Below are positions 52,627 to 61,335 of a stretch of 64,000 bases of DNA, piece by piece. Each line of letters begins with the position of its first letter. The stretch's first letter is position 1. The notes below the pieces were generated by a model. The model was not told the DNA's origin. It saw only the letters and a program-made list of their open reading frames with translations, and made no database searches. The stretch is from Alteromonas sp. (GTDB lineage Bacteria > Margulisbacteria > Marinamargulisbacteria > UBA6595): contig CAXPTH010000007.1 in assembly GCA_964220215.1 (NCBI GenBank), positions 16,903 through 80,902 of the forward strand. The letters are read 5' to 3'. The position numbers were made by a program, and so were the translations under genes.

Positions 52627-53415
52627 ATGACAACGACACAATCACCGCCTATTCTCGCCATTGTTAATCAAAAAGGGGGCGTTGGCAAGACCACAACCGC
52701 CATCAATCTGGCCTGTTACTTAGCCGAATTTGGCCACAAAACCCTCCTCATTGACGCCGACCCCCAAGCCAACAGCACCTCCGGCATCGGCCTAGACCAA
52801 GCCCAACTCACCCACAGCCTCTACGATATCTTAATTGACCCCGCCCAACTCGAACACGCCCTATGCCCCAGCCCCTTCCCCCGGCTACACGTCATCCCCG
52901 GGCATCAAAACTTAGCCAGCATTGACTTGGATATCGGCTCGATGGTTTCACGTGAAACACGGCTTAAAGATTGCCTCGTCCCCCTGCACCCATTTTATGA
53001 CTTTATGATTATTGATTGCCCACCGGCCATTAACCTAATTACCGTCAATGCCATGGTTGCCGCAACGGCCAGCATTATCCCCGTGCAATGCGAATACTTT
53101 GCCCTGGAAGGCCTGGCTTACTTAACCAAAACCCAAGTCCTCATTCGGGAAAACTTCAACCCCACCTTGGACCTGTTGGGTATCTTGCCCACCATGTACG
53201 ATTCCCGAACCAGCTTGAACCGGCAAGTTATTGCCAATATTGAATCCGTGTTCCCCAACCAGGTCTTTTCAGCCATCCCCAGAAATATTAAACTCAGTGA
53301 AGCACCCAGCCATGGGTTGCCCGTTCAGTTGTATGCCCCCAAATCCAAGGGAGCCAAGCGATATCAACAATTTACACAGGAGGTCTTACACCGTGTCAAA
53401 CAACCAGCCACTTAA
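52627..53415 (+). CDS. parA: Chromosome partitioning ATPase ParA/Soj
   Basis: NQKGGVGKTT, DADPQAN, IDCPP, PVQCEYFALEG, IPRN. Confidence 0.95.
   Translation: MTTTQSPPILAIVNQKGGVGKTTTAINLACYLAEFGHKTLLIDADPQANSTSGIGLDQAQLTHSLYDILIDPAQLEHALCPSPFPRLHVIPGHQNLASIDLDIGSMVSRETRLKDCLVPLHPFYDFMIIDCPPAINLITVNAMVAATASIIPVQCEYFALEGLAYLTKTQVLIRENFNPTLDLLGILPTMYDSRTSLNRQVIANIESVFPNQVFSAIPRNIKLSEAPSHGLPVQLYAPKSKGAKRYQQFTQEVLHRVKQPAT
52944..52959. promoter_or_regulatory. parS site (GGTTTCACGTGAAACA, 15/16) inside parA
   Basis: One mismatch to the consensus. Confidence 0.8.
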
Positions 53416-54262
53416 ACCCAGCAATGCGGCCATGGGCCGAGGATTGGAAACCCTAATCCCCAAATCATTTCTCAATAGCGGAAAAACCATTCTCACCGTG
53501 CTAACCAGCGACATTATCCCCAGCCCATTGCAACCCCGGCATCATTTTGACCCCGATGAGTTGGCGGCATTGGCCACCACGATTGAGGCGCATGGGATTA
53601 TTCAGCCGTTGGTGGTTCGGCGCAATGGCAATCAGTTTGAATTAATTGCCGGGGAACGTCGGTGGCGCGCAGCCAAACTGGCCGGCCTGGAGCGCGTGCC
53701 CATTATCATTCGGGACAGCCCCGATGATGCAGTACTCAAAGTCGCCCTTATTGAGAACATGCACCGGGAAGACCTCAACCCCTTGGACATTGCCGCCGGC
53801 TACAAACAACTCATTGACCAATTTACCATGACTCATCAAGAACTGGCGGATTTGTTCAGCAAAAACCGATCCACCATCACCAACACCCTGCGCTTGCTAA
53901 GCCTATCCCCCGCCGCCCAAGATGCGGTGTACAACAAACAACTATCCGAAGGCCATGCCCGGGTCTTGGCGGGACACCCCGAGCAAGAAGCGGATCTTTT
54001 AAACGCGATTATTACGCAAAAACTGAGTGTCCGAGAGGCCGAAAAACTGGCCACGCGCGGGGCAACCCCAACCCCCAAACCCCCGGTATCCCAAACCCTA
54101 CGCACCCTGGCCAATCGCCTATCCAAGCAGCTCAACCTGCCCTTGAGCATATCGGGCACCGAGGCGAAGGGCCGCATTACCCTGCGCTACACCAGTGCAG
54201 CACAACGCCAACAGATTGAAGCCTTGTTATCCAATCATGGACCCGATCGCAACGTACATTGA
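53393..54262 (+). CDS. parB: Chromosome partitioning protein ParB/Spo0J
   Basis: GTG start after AGGAGG; MGRGL, QPR, IAGERRWRAA, ENMHREDLN, HTH. Confidence 0.95.
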   Translation: MSNNQPLKPSNAAMGRGLETLIPKSFLNSGKTILTVLTSDIIPSPLQPRHHFDPDELAALATTIEAHGIIQPLVVRRNGNQFELIAGERRWRAAKLAGLERVPIIIRDSPDDAVLKVALIENMHREDLNPLDIAAGYKQLIDQFTMTHQELADLFSKNRSTITNTLRLLSLSPAAQDAVYNKQLSEGHARVLAGHPEQEADLLNAIITQKLSVREAEKLATRGATPTPKPPVSQTLRTLANRLSKQLNLPLSISGTEAKGRITLRYTSAAQRQQIEALLSNHGPDRNVH

Positions 54263-54779
54263 GCTGCTCAAGCAGTACAATACCCACACCAACATTTATT
54301 CCAAAACGGCGTATGATCGACTGCCCTTTCATTGCGCCGATGCCCGGGCCTTAGCCCAGCTCATTGGCAATACAAAAAAAACCGTCTTGGATATGGGGTC
54401 CGGTAGTGGGTTGCCCGCCATTATACTGGCCATCACCAACCCCAAAAATACTGTGCTTGCGGTTGAATCCAAGTCCCGAAAGACCCGATTTTTAGATTCG
54501 GTCAAAACAACGCTAAACCTGACCAACCTCCACGTGCTCAATCAGCCCATCCAAACCGTATCGGGGTATCGGGTGGATGTGGTCACGGCCAAAGCCTTTA
54601 AGCCGGCCACCACCATTGTGCACCTGGCCAAACGGATCCGTGCCCGGCGCTGCCTGGTGCCCATCAGTGCCAACCAGCGCGACACATTGCCACCCGAACT
54701 GGCCGACTGTGTGACCACGGTTCCGGACCCAGCGGGTATGGATTGGGACGCCTTTTATTATGTAGATTACCGATTCTAA
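54237..54779 (+). CDS. rsmG: 16S rRNA m7G527 methyltransferase
   Basis: LDMGSGSGLPAI, VES..RK..FL, VTAKAF; next to parAB. Confidence 0.85.
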   Translation: MDPIATYIELLKQYNTHTNIYSKTAYDRLPFHCADARALAQLIGNTKKTVLDMGSGSGLPAIILAITNPKNTVLAVESKSRKTRFLDSVKTTLNLTNLHVLNQPIQTVSGYRVDVVTAKAFKPATTIVHLAKRIRARRCLVPISANQRDTLPPELADCVTTVPDPAGMDWDAFYYVDYRF

Positions 54780-54798
54780 TCCGTGGTATCATAGCCGT

Positions 54799-55194
54799 AT
54801 GCCAATTGCTGAAGGAAAAACATTTGATTTTGACCCCGAATCGGCCATTCGACCCGATTTCTTAGAAACCATCCCCTACACCGGGGACCCCCAGTACGTG
54901 GCGTATAAAACCGCAGAATTTTCGGCGGTATGCCCCTTTTCAGGCCTGCCCGACTACGGCATCCTGCACATTGAATACGTCCCGGATACGGCCATTGTGG
55001 AGTTAAAATCCCTAAAATACTATCTGTTATCGTATCGATCCGTTGGTATTTACCAAGAAGCGGCCACCCATCGGTTGGCACAGGATCTGTATGCCTGCAT
55101 GACCCCCCAGTATTTAATGGTTAAAACCATCTACAATACCCGTGGCGGGATTGACACCACCTGCACCCTGACCAAAGGCCACAACCCCCTGTAG
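54799..55194 (+). CDS. queF: PreQ0 reductase
   Basis: EFSAVCPFSGLPDYG, ELKSLKYY, RGGI. Confidence 0.95.
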   Translation: MPIAEGKTFDFDPESAIRPDFLETIPYTGDPQYVAYKTAEFSAVCPFSGLPDYGILHIEYVPDTAIVELKSLKYYLLSYRSVGIYQEAATHRLAQDLYACMTPQYLMVKTIYNTRGGIDTTCTLTKGHNPL

Positions 55195-55196
55195 CT

Positions 55197-56012
55197 GTGG
55201 GGCATCGGCTGGGGCAAGTATTTTTAGCGGATTTTAATATTTTAGATAAAATTTTGGGAACCCTACCCCCCCACTGCCCGCATATTGTGGAGGTGGGGTG
55301 TGGCCCGGGCCAACTCTCTGAACGCTTGGCGCAGCGGTGCGACCAGCTCACCCTGGTTGAATTGGACCCCACCTGGCTCGCCGCCACTCAAACCCGATTA
55401 ACCGCCAGCCAACCCCCTGCCCGTGTGGTGTATCACGAAGCGGATATTTTACGTATCAAGACCGCCGATTTGCCCCCCCATCCCATTCATTGGGTCACCA
55501 ACTTGCCGTATTATATTTCCGCCAAATTTATGCAGCGCTTGGTCTATGACCGCGCCGACTGGGCGCATGCAACCATCATGCTGCAGCAAGAATTTGCCAA
55601 AAAGCTGGTCGCCAAGCCCGGGGAGGCCCTGTACAGCAGCTTGGGGGTCTTTTGTCAGTTCTATTTAGACATTCGCTATGCCTTTACCGTGACCCGCACC
55701 TGCTTTAATCCCGTGCCTGCGGTGGATTCAGCGGTCATCACAGCCACACCCCGCACCTGGCTACCTGCGGTCAACGAATCCGTCTTATTTGCCATTGTGC
55801 GCTCCGGGTTTTGGGGACGGCGCAAACCCCTGATCTCCGCCCTTAAAAAAAGCCCGTTTTTTGATTGGAAGCCCGATTATGCAGCCACCCCGGCATTTCA
55901 GGCCATTGGCAACCAACGGGCCGAAACCTTAGACATCGCCACCTTTTGTGCCTTAGCCCAAGCCGTTGGAGCTGTGGACCCGATTGACACCGCCCCCGAA
56001 TCGTTTGGATAA
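55197..56012 (+). CDS. rsmA: 16S rRNA dimethyladenosine transferase
   Basis: LGQVFL, EVGCGPG, NLPYYIS, MLQQE, FNPVPAVDS, RAETL. Confidence 0.93.
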   Translation: MGHRLGQVFLADFNILDKILGTLPPHCPHIVEVGCGPGQLSERLAQRCDQLTLVELDPTWLAATQTRLTASQPPARVVYHEADILRIKTADLPPHPIHWVTNLPYYISAKFMQRLVYDRADWAHATIMLQQEFAKKLVAKPGEALYSSLGVFCQFYLDIRYAFTVTRTCFNPVPAVDSAVITATPRTWLPAVNESVLFAIVRSGFWGRRKPLISALKKSPFFDWKPDYAATPAFQAIGNQRAETLDIATFCALAQAVGAVDPIDTAPESFG

Positions 56013-56020
56013 TAAACCCT

Positions 56021-56794
56021 ATGCACAGACTCATAACCTGGTGTATTGCCCTGCTGAGTACCGGCATCCTGCTGGCCGAAAGCCCCAACGTTGTGGTGAT
56101 CGTTTTAGATGGCACCACGCATGAGACCCTGCAAGCGTTGCGGCAAAAAAACCGACTCACCACCCCCCAAACCCTTGCCCATTACAAACCCCTCAGTGCC
56201 GACCCCTTCACCGACCACGCAACCGCTTATGCCCCCCTGCTCGACCCCGCCCTATGGGCGCACATCCACACCCACGATCCGGACCGCATCACCGGCCTGC
56301 TGCTATCCAACCCGCCCGGAACCCCAAACTTAACCACGGAACCTGTATCCGCCGACTGGGTGGCACCCGAAGCCCCCCGATCCGTGTATCCGGTAGTCCA
56401 AGCCGCCACAGCGTTTATTACCAAGCATGCGGATTCACCGTTTTTTCTGGTCTTTAACATCACGGATATTGAAGCCACGGGCCGCCGGACACGCGCGGGT
56501 GCCCAAGCCTATTCCGATACCATCACCCGCTGCGATCAAGCCCTCACCCGCCTCTTTACAACCCTTAAAACCCTGGATCGGTCCACGCAGATTCTGGTCA
56601 CGGCATCCTTTGGCTTTGCACCCAACACCCGCGATGCCCTCGGCACCACCACCACTTGGTTGGCTAGCACCCAGCCCATGCCCAGCATTCGGCATGCCGC
56701 CGATGTACCTGACGCATTGATTGCGACCCTAGGGCTACCACCCCGAACCGTACCCACCAGCCCCACCGACTGCTGCGACACACCAGCCCTATAG
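56021..56794 (+). CDS. Exported alkaline-phosphatase-superfamily-like protein (degenerate)
   Basis: Signal peptide, VVVIVLDG, Y..TI..CDQAL, ILVTASFGF in place of the usual SDHG. Confidence 0.6.
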   Translation: MHRLITWCIALLSTGILLAESPNVVVIVLDGTTHETLQALRQKNRLTTPQTLAHYKPLSADPFTDHATAYAPLLDPALWAHIHTHDPDRITGLLLSNPPGTPNLTTEPVSADWVAPEAPRSVYPVVQAATAFITKHADSPFFLVFNITDIEATGRRTRAGAQAYSDTITRCDQALTRLFTTLKTLDRSTQILVTASFGFAPNTRDALGTTTTWLASTQPMPSIRHAADVPDALIATLGLPPRTVPTSPTDCCDTPAL

Positions 56795-56803
56795 CTGCAT
56801 GGC
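56757..56803 (+). repeat. 47-bp exact direct repeat, copy 1 (copy 2 at 57866-57912)
   Basis: CCAGCCCCACCGACTGCTGCGACACACCAGCCCTATAGCTGCATGGC in both positions. Confidence 0.92.
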
Positions 56804-56860
56804 AATCACGATAAACCACCGTATCGGGCGGCAAGGGACCAATCACGTTTAATCCCAAGC
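56789..56860 (-). pseudogene. Internally deleted pdxA remnant
   Basis: Minus strand reads GLNVIGPLPPDTVVY versus NLIGPLPPDTVFY in intact pdxA, joined to the pdxA terminal codons. Confidence 0.7.
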
Positions 56861-56984
56861 CAATCGGGGTATTCATTAATTATGCGATACGATTATATAA
56901 ATTTATTTGTATTGACAATTAAAAAATTATTTTTCATGCTAATTGAAATACGGTTTAGTGCAACTAACCAATGGGGAAAGTATT

Positions 56985-57767
56985 ATGAGTAATGTAAATC
57001 ACATAAGGCCAACCAGCCCAAGGCTAGCAGCAGCAAAAGCAGAAGAAAGAAAAAAAATAACAAGAGAAAACCAAGCATCGCTAGCAAATGTAATAAAATC
57101 AGCAGTAGATAACAGAACTAGACTAGAGATACCAGATCATCTAAAATCAACATACGACTCAATAATATCTGCACTGGAAAATAATAAACCCGTAGCACAT
57201 ATGCCATCCGTAGCAACTTGGATGGCTCCGTTACCAGCAAAACAAACTCCACATCAAATAGCACTTACAAACCAAGCATTGCTAGCAGATGTAATAAAAT
57301 CAGCAGTTAACAAGACTATACTAACGATACCAGATCATCTAAAATCAACATACGATGCAGTAATAAAAGCAATAGAAGCAAAAGAATCAAAACCAGAGCC
57401 ACACTACGAAGGGCAAGGCTTACAATACATAGCAGCAACAGCAGCAGCAGATGCAGCAGCAAAAGCAGCAAAAGCAGCAGCAGCAAAAGCAGCACCACCA
57501 GCAAAAGCAGCACCACCAGCAGATGCAGCACCACCAGCAAAAGCAGCAGAAGCAGTAACAGCAGCACCACCAGCAGATGCAGTAACAGCAGCAGATGCAG
57601 TAACAGCAGCAGCAGAACAAAAACCAGCAAACGCAGATTCTATTAATACAAACTCAGAAAATAACTGGTTCGTTCCTTTTTTATTATCTTTATTATCAAT
57701 GATAACATTCCCTGTTAGAGGTATTTTAAATTGGCTTAGGGGGGGGGCTAAACCCAATTCTAGATAA
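56985..57767 (+). CDS. Orphan protein: two ~38-aa repeats, Ala/Pro-rich linker, hydrophobic C-terminal tail
   Basis: NQA.LA.VIKSAV...IPDHLKSTYD twice; (GCA/CCA)n tract; WFVPFLLSLLSMITFPV. Confidence 0.75.
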   Translation: MSNVNHIRPTSPRLAAAKAEERKKITRENQASLANVIKSAVDNRTRLEIPDHLKSTYDSIISALENNKPVAHMPSVATWMAPLPAKQTPHQIALTNQALLADVIKSAVNKTILTIPDHLKSTYDAVIKAIEAKESKPEPHYEGQGLQYIAATAAADAAAKAAKAAAAKAAPPAKAAPPADAAPPAKAAEAVTAAPPADAVTAADAVTAAAEQKPANADSINTNSENNWFVPFLLSLLSMITFPVRGILNWLRGGAKPNSR

Positions 57768-57865
57768 TGATTTCATGAATCACTGAGCTGTTGGCTAGCA
57801 TCCGTTATCGGGAACCAGAGAAAGACGGTGTTTAGCAGCGAGAGTACCATCCGGGGAACGGGTAC

Positions 57866-57912
57866 CCAGCCCCACCGACTGCTGCGACACACCAGCCCTA
57901 TAGCTGCATGGC
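57866..57912 (+). repeat. 47-bp exact direct repeat, copy 2 (contains the pdxA stop)
   Basis: Identical to 56757-56803. Confidence 0.92.
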
Positions 57913-58821
57913 CAGCTCAATGGCGGACACCATCGACGCCGGATTGGCCTTATCTTGACCCGCAATGTCCACAGCCGTGCCATGATCCGGCGATGTGCGT
58001 GTAAACGGCAACCCCAGGCTAATATTCACGGCTGAATCAAACGCCACCATTTTAACGGGTATAAGGCCTTGATCGTGATACAAGGCAATCACACAATCAT
58101 ACTGCCGATGATACGCTTGATAAAACACCGTATCGGGCGGCAAGGGCCCAATCAAATTGCGCATGGATTTGGATTTAATCCATGGAATTAAGATATCGCG
58201 TTCTTCATCCCCAATCAGGCCATGCTCCCCCGCATGGGGGTTGAGCCCGGCAACGGCAATTTTGGGGTTTTTTTTGCCGAGACGTTGGCACAAATCCAGG
58301 GCATGGGCCAAGGTTTCGTCCAAGCGTTCGGGGGTTAGCAAGCTGGGGACGTGCATGAGGGGGCAATGCACGGTGGCCAAGACCACTAAAAGGCGACGGC
58401 TCCAAAAGGCCATGCTCACCGATGGCGTTTGGGTTACGGCAGCTAGCCAGGTGGTATGCCCGGGGTGTGGGCATCCTGCCAACGCAAAGTTCTCTTTGCT
58501 GACCGGAGCCGTGACCAGGGCGTCTAAATACCCATCCATGCACTCCGCCACGGCGGCCTCCAAGCAGCGCAGGGCAATTTGACCATGGGCCGCATGGCGC
58601 GATCGCCACGGAATCCGGGGCATTTCCGCAATGGGTACGGTTTGCACGACCCCCATGTCCAGCAAGGAGCGAATGGCCGGGGACCACCGTTTCCAAATGT
58701 CGGGGTGGGCGTAGCATCGAAACCGAGCCCGAGACGTTGCGCCAATCTCGGCCAAGGCTTTGATGGCCACTTCGGGGCCAATGCCGCTGGTATCGCCAAA
58801 TGTTATGCCAATTTTTTTCAT
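57898..58821 (-). CDS. pdxA: 4-hydroxythreonine-4-phosphate dehydrogenase
   Basis: GIGPE, TAPVSK, GHT, GLNPHAGE, YHDQG, RTSPDHGTA. Confidence 0.95.
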   Translation of the reverse strand: MKKIGITFGDTSGIGPEVAIKALAEIGATSRARFRCYAHPDIWKRWSPAIRSLLDMGVVQTVPIAEMPRIPWRSRHAAHGQIALRCLEAAVAECMDGYLDALVTAPVSKENFALAGCPHPGHTTWLAAVTQTPSVSMAFWSRRLLVVLATVHCPLMHVPSLLTPERLDETLAHALDLCQRLGKKNPKIAVAGLNPHAGEHGLIGDEERDILIPWIKSKSMRNLIGPLPPDTVFYQAYHRQYDCVIALYHDQGLIPVKMVAFDSAVNISLGLPFTRTSPDHGTAVDIAGQDKANPASMVSAIELAMQL

Positions 58822-58844
58822 GAGATAGTTAATCTAACATACAA

Positions 58845-58867
58845 ATCCCCCTCCCGGCAAGGGGGAT
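58845..58867. terminator. GC hairpin ATCCCCCT...AGGGGGAT downstream of the 533-aa orphan
   Basis: 8-bp inverted repeat; only a short U tract on the minus strand. Confidence 0.4.
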
Positions 58868-58885
58868 GTTGTGAAACTGGGTGGC

Positions 58886-60487
58886 TTAGCTGGGGGTTGG
58901 GGTTGAATCTATTGACTGACTAAGTTGAGAAAGTTGACCAAGTAGTTTTTCCACTTTAGTTTTTTGCAAGTATATATTTTTTGCTTCTGTTGTTTTGTGA
59001 TCTTGGGTCACCAAACCAAAATAAGCTGATTTACTTCTGGTCGCTGACAATGTTGGTGTGTCTTCATAATATGTAAAACGCCCTTCGTTATTAATAAGGC
59101 CTAATTCGTTTTCGGGGTCTATCTTTATTATGGCAGTATATAGTTTTTCATGTGTTGTTTTATCCACCCCAATTGTATTAAGCTCTTTTGCATATTCGCG
59201 AACCAGTGGGACTATAATCTGATCCAAATATTCTTTACGTTGTCCTTTATCCATTAACCTATCTACTTGTTCAATTAATGTTGTAAGGTTTTCAACGTAT
59301 TTATTTTTATTACACTTAATACGCGTTTCTGTATGGGTAGGACCTGAATTCTTCCAGTTTGCAAGCCAAAGAAAAAAGTTACCTATACGTCTGAAAAAGT
59401 TCCAAAATTTACCACCATAAGCCATTGAGAGAGCGAATTGTGCTACCCCTGTTGTAACGTTAATGTCAACTTCTTCTCCTTTTATAGCCTCTTTGAAAAG
59501 TTCCTTAATCACAACCACAGGATCAAGGTCTGTTTCTTTCGGTGGATTATGTAGAGTTCTTAGATCTGGTAATTCTGTGCTATGCGCTACATTAATTAGG
59601 TCTGTAATCAATCTGTGTGCATCTTGTTGGTGTTCGATACTGGTATCCACTGTTAGATCTTTTGGGGCTTCATCTGTCCAACTATAGTCTATAAATTCTT
59701 TGCTTTTTAACGTTGTAAGTGCGGTGTCAGCAAGTACTTGATTCTGTAGTACAGAACCTTTAAATTTACGAATTAGTCCTAATAAATCTTCAGGATTATT
59801 TACTTGCTTTAACTTATCCTCAAGTGTATCAAATTCTTCATCCAGGATCGTTTGCATGCATTTTTGACGAGCTGATTCACTATCAAAACTAACTTTTTCG
59901 GCTAATAGATTAGAAATAAGCTGGCCTTTACACTCTTCATTTCCTATTATAGTGCTTCTTACTTCTTCGTCTTGAATGAATTTCTCTAGATCTATTTCGG
60001 TTACTTTACCTTGTTCTCTTGAGAATAATATCAGGCCTTTTGTATCGTCTATTGCAAAATATTTCTTTTTATTTTGGTTTTTTATGTTCATATTTATTTT
60101 GAAATATTTCTCGGCTTTTTCTTTTCCTGCTTTTTCTTCTGGGGGAGGTTTTTGACCGGCACTCCAAGAGAGACGTTTAATCCAGCCCCTGATACCATCA
60201 GTCGATTTTTGGGCAACTTGTTCTGTGGAAGTATCGTAGGGGGGAAACTCAACTGGTACTAGTCTTTTTGCTCCTGCTGCTTTTGGTGGTGGTGGTGGTG
60301 GTGATGGTACTCCTGCTGCTGCTAGTGTTGGTGGTGGTGATGGTGGTCTTTTTTCTGCTGCTGATGCTTCTGCTTCTGCTTTTGCTTCTGCTTTTAGTTC
60401 TTTTAGTACTTCTACTTCTGATAATCTTCTTGCTTTTTGTCCTATTAGATTTACTGCTAACCGTTGTCTGTCTCTTGGTCCTTGCAT
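58886..60487 (-). CDS. AT-rich orphan protein with poly-proline N-terminal region
   Basis: 533 aa, AGGGGG SD, PPSPPP and SPPPPPPK tracts, amphipathic FWNFFRRIGNFFLWL. Confidence 0.8.
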   Translation of the reverse strand: MQGPRDRQRLAVNLIGQKARRLSEVEVLKELKAEAKAEAEASAAEKRPPSPPPTLAAAGVPSPPPPPPKAAGAKRLVPVEFPPYDTSTEQVAQKSTDGIRGWIKRLSWSAGQKPPPEEKAGKEKAEKYFKINMNIKNQNKKKYFAIDDTKGLILFSREQGKVTEIDLEKFIQDEEVRSTIIGNEECKGQLISNLLAEKVSFDSESARQKCMQTILDEEFDTLEDKLKQVNNPEDLLGLIRKFKGSVLQNQVLADTALTTLKSKEFIDYSWTDEAPKDLTVDTSIEHQQDAHRLITDLINVAHSTELPDLRTLHNPPKETDLDPVVVIKELFKEAIKGEEVDINVTTGVAQFALSMAYGGKFWNFFRRIGNFFLWLANWKNSGPTHTETRIKCNKNKYVENLTTLIEQVDRLMDKGQRKEYLDQIIVPLVREYAKELNTIGVDKTTHEKLYTAIIKIDPENELGLINNEGRFTYYEDTPTLSATRSKSAYFGLVTQDHKTTEAKNIYLQKTKVEKLLGQLSQLSQSIDSTPTPS

Positions 60488-60652
60488 ATTTCATTCCCCC
60501 TAATTTATTTTAACTATAAGAACTTTTAAAAAATAAAACTGTTAATACAATAAAATTATAACATTTCTCTGACATGCATGTCAACATCTTGTTATTAAAA
60601 AATTGCTTTTACAATAAATACTATCGTTTCGATTCCAAAAAAACTTGCACGG
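60484..60652 (-). promoter_or_regulatory. Conserved upstream leader, copy A (homologous to 61218-61335)
   Basis: 24-bp identity TAAATTAGGGGGAATGAAATATGC plus blocks CCGTGCAAGTTTT, ATTTATTGTAAA and TAACAGTTTT. Confidence 0.8.
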
Positions 60653-60828
60653 ACTCCCTTCTGGGGGGGCAACAGAATGCCCAATTAGCGATTCAAAACC
60701 CTGTTTTTGTAGCAAAAAAACCCACTATTAACTTTTTAAGTTGTTTATACTATTCAAAATAAAATATTATTTTAAAAACTATATTGAGTTAACTGTATTG
60801 GGCCAACTGTGCCAAAAGAGAGGAAATT

Positions 60829-61173
60829 ATGTCAATTAGAAGAGTATTAAGATGGTGTAGATCAAGTAGTACTTCCAGTCGAGTCGCGCCTGGCAGCCCA
60901 CCAGCACCAGCAGGGAAGATTAATAAGTAGCCTTTTACATTTGAAAGGAGCTATTAGAAGCCAACATTATCCACAGAAACACAAACCATTGTTATGAATG
61001 GGGATACTCAACAAATTAAGGGAAGAACATTGAGGTTTGCTAACGAATTCCCCCAATTCAGTCAAGGCAAAAAAGGGAGCCTATCGTCTAAAAGACAGGC
61101 ACCGATAAGAATTTCGCGACAGCCCATAGCACCCGTAGAAAAATCACTAGAAGAATCAGCCGTAAAGGAATGA
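60829..61173 (+). pseudogene. Probable decayed orphan-family gene with two in-frame TAG codons
   Basis: GAGAGGA SD and ATG; MSIRR...SSSTSSRVAPGSPPAPAG; TAG at 60928 and 60955; frame continues to TGA at 61171. Confidence 0.5.
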
Positions 61174-61217
61174 AAGTAATCCGCAAACCCTCAGTGGATT
61201 TAGTTCAAAAACAACGC

Positions 61218-61335
61218 CCGTGCAAGTTTTGTTGGAACTAATTCGATATAATTTATTGTAAAGTCAGTTTTTTATTTTTTTAACAGTTTTTTGAAATTGA
61301 TTATATTAAAGTAAATTAGGGGGAATGAAATATGC
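61218..61335 (+). promoter_or_regulatory. Conserved upstream leader, copy B
   Basis: Inverted homolog of 60484-60652. Confidence 0.8.

Noticed and set aside
57316..57757. Antisense ORFs of poly-Leu, poly-Cys and poly-Ala (also 60249-60513 and 61306-61554)
   Set aside because: Shadows of (GCA/CCA)n codon tracts in the real genes; no independent coding evidence.
60928..60957. Stop-codon reassignment suggested by two in-frame TAG codons
   Set aside because: TAG terminates conserved genes in this window (fabF, rsmE, fabI, pdxA), so the standard code applies.
60967..60975. Perfect DnaA box TTATCCACA in an AT-rich region (possible oriC)
   Set aside because: Single box, no cluster and no dnaA/dnaN nearby; another isolated copy lies inside fabI.
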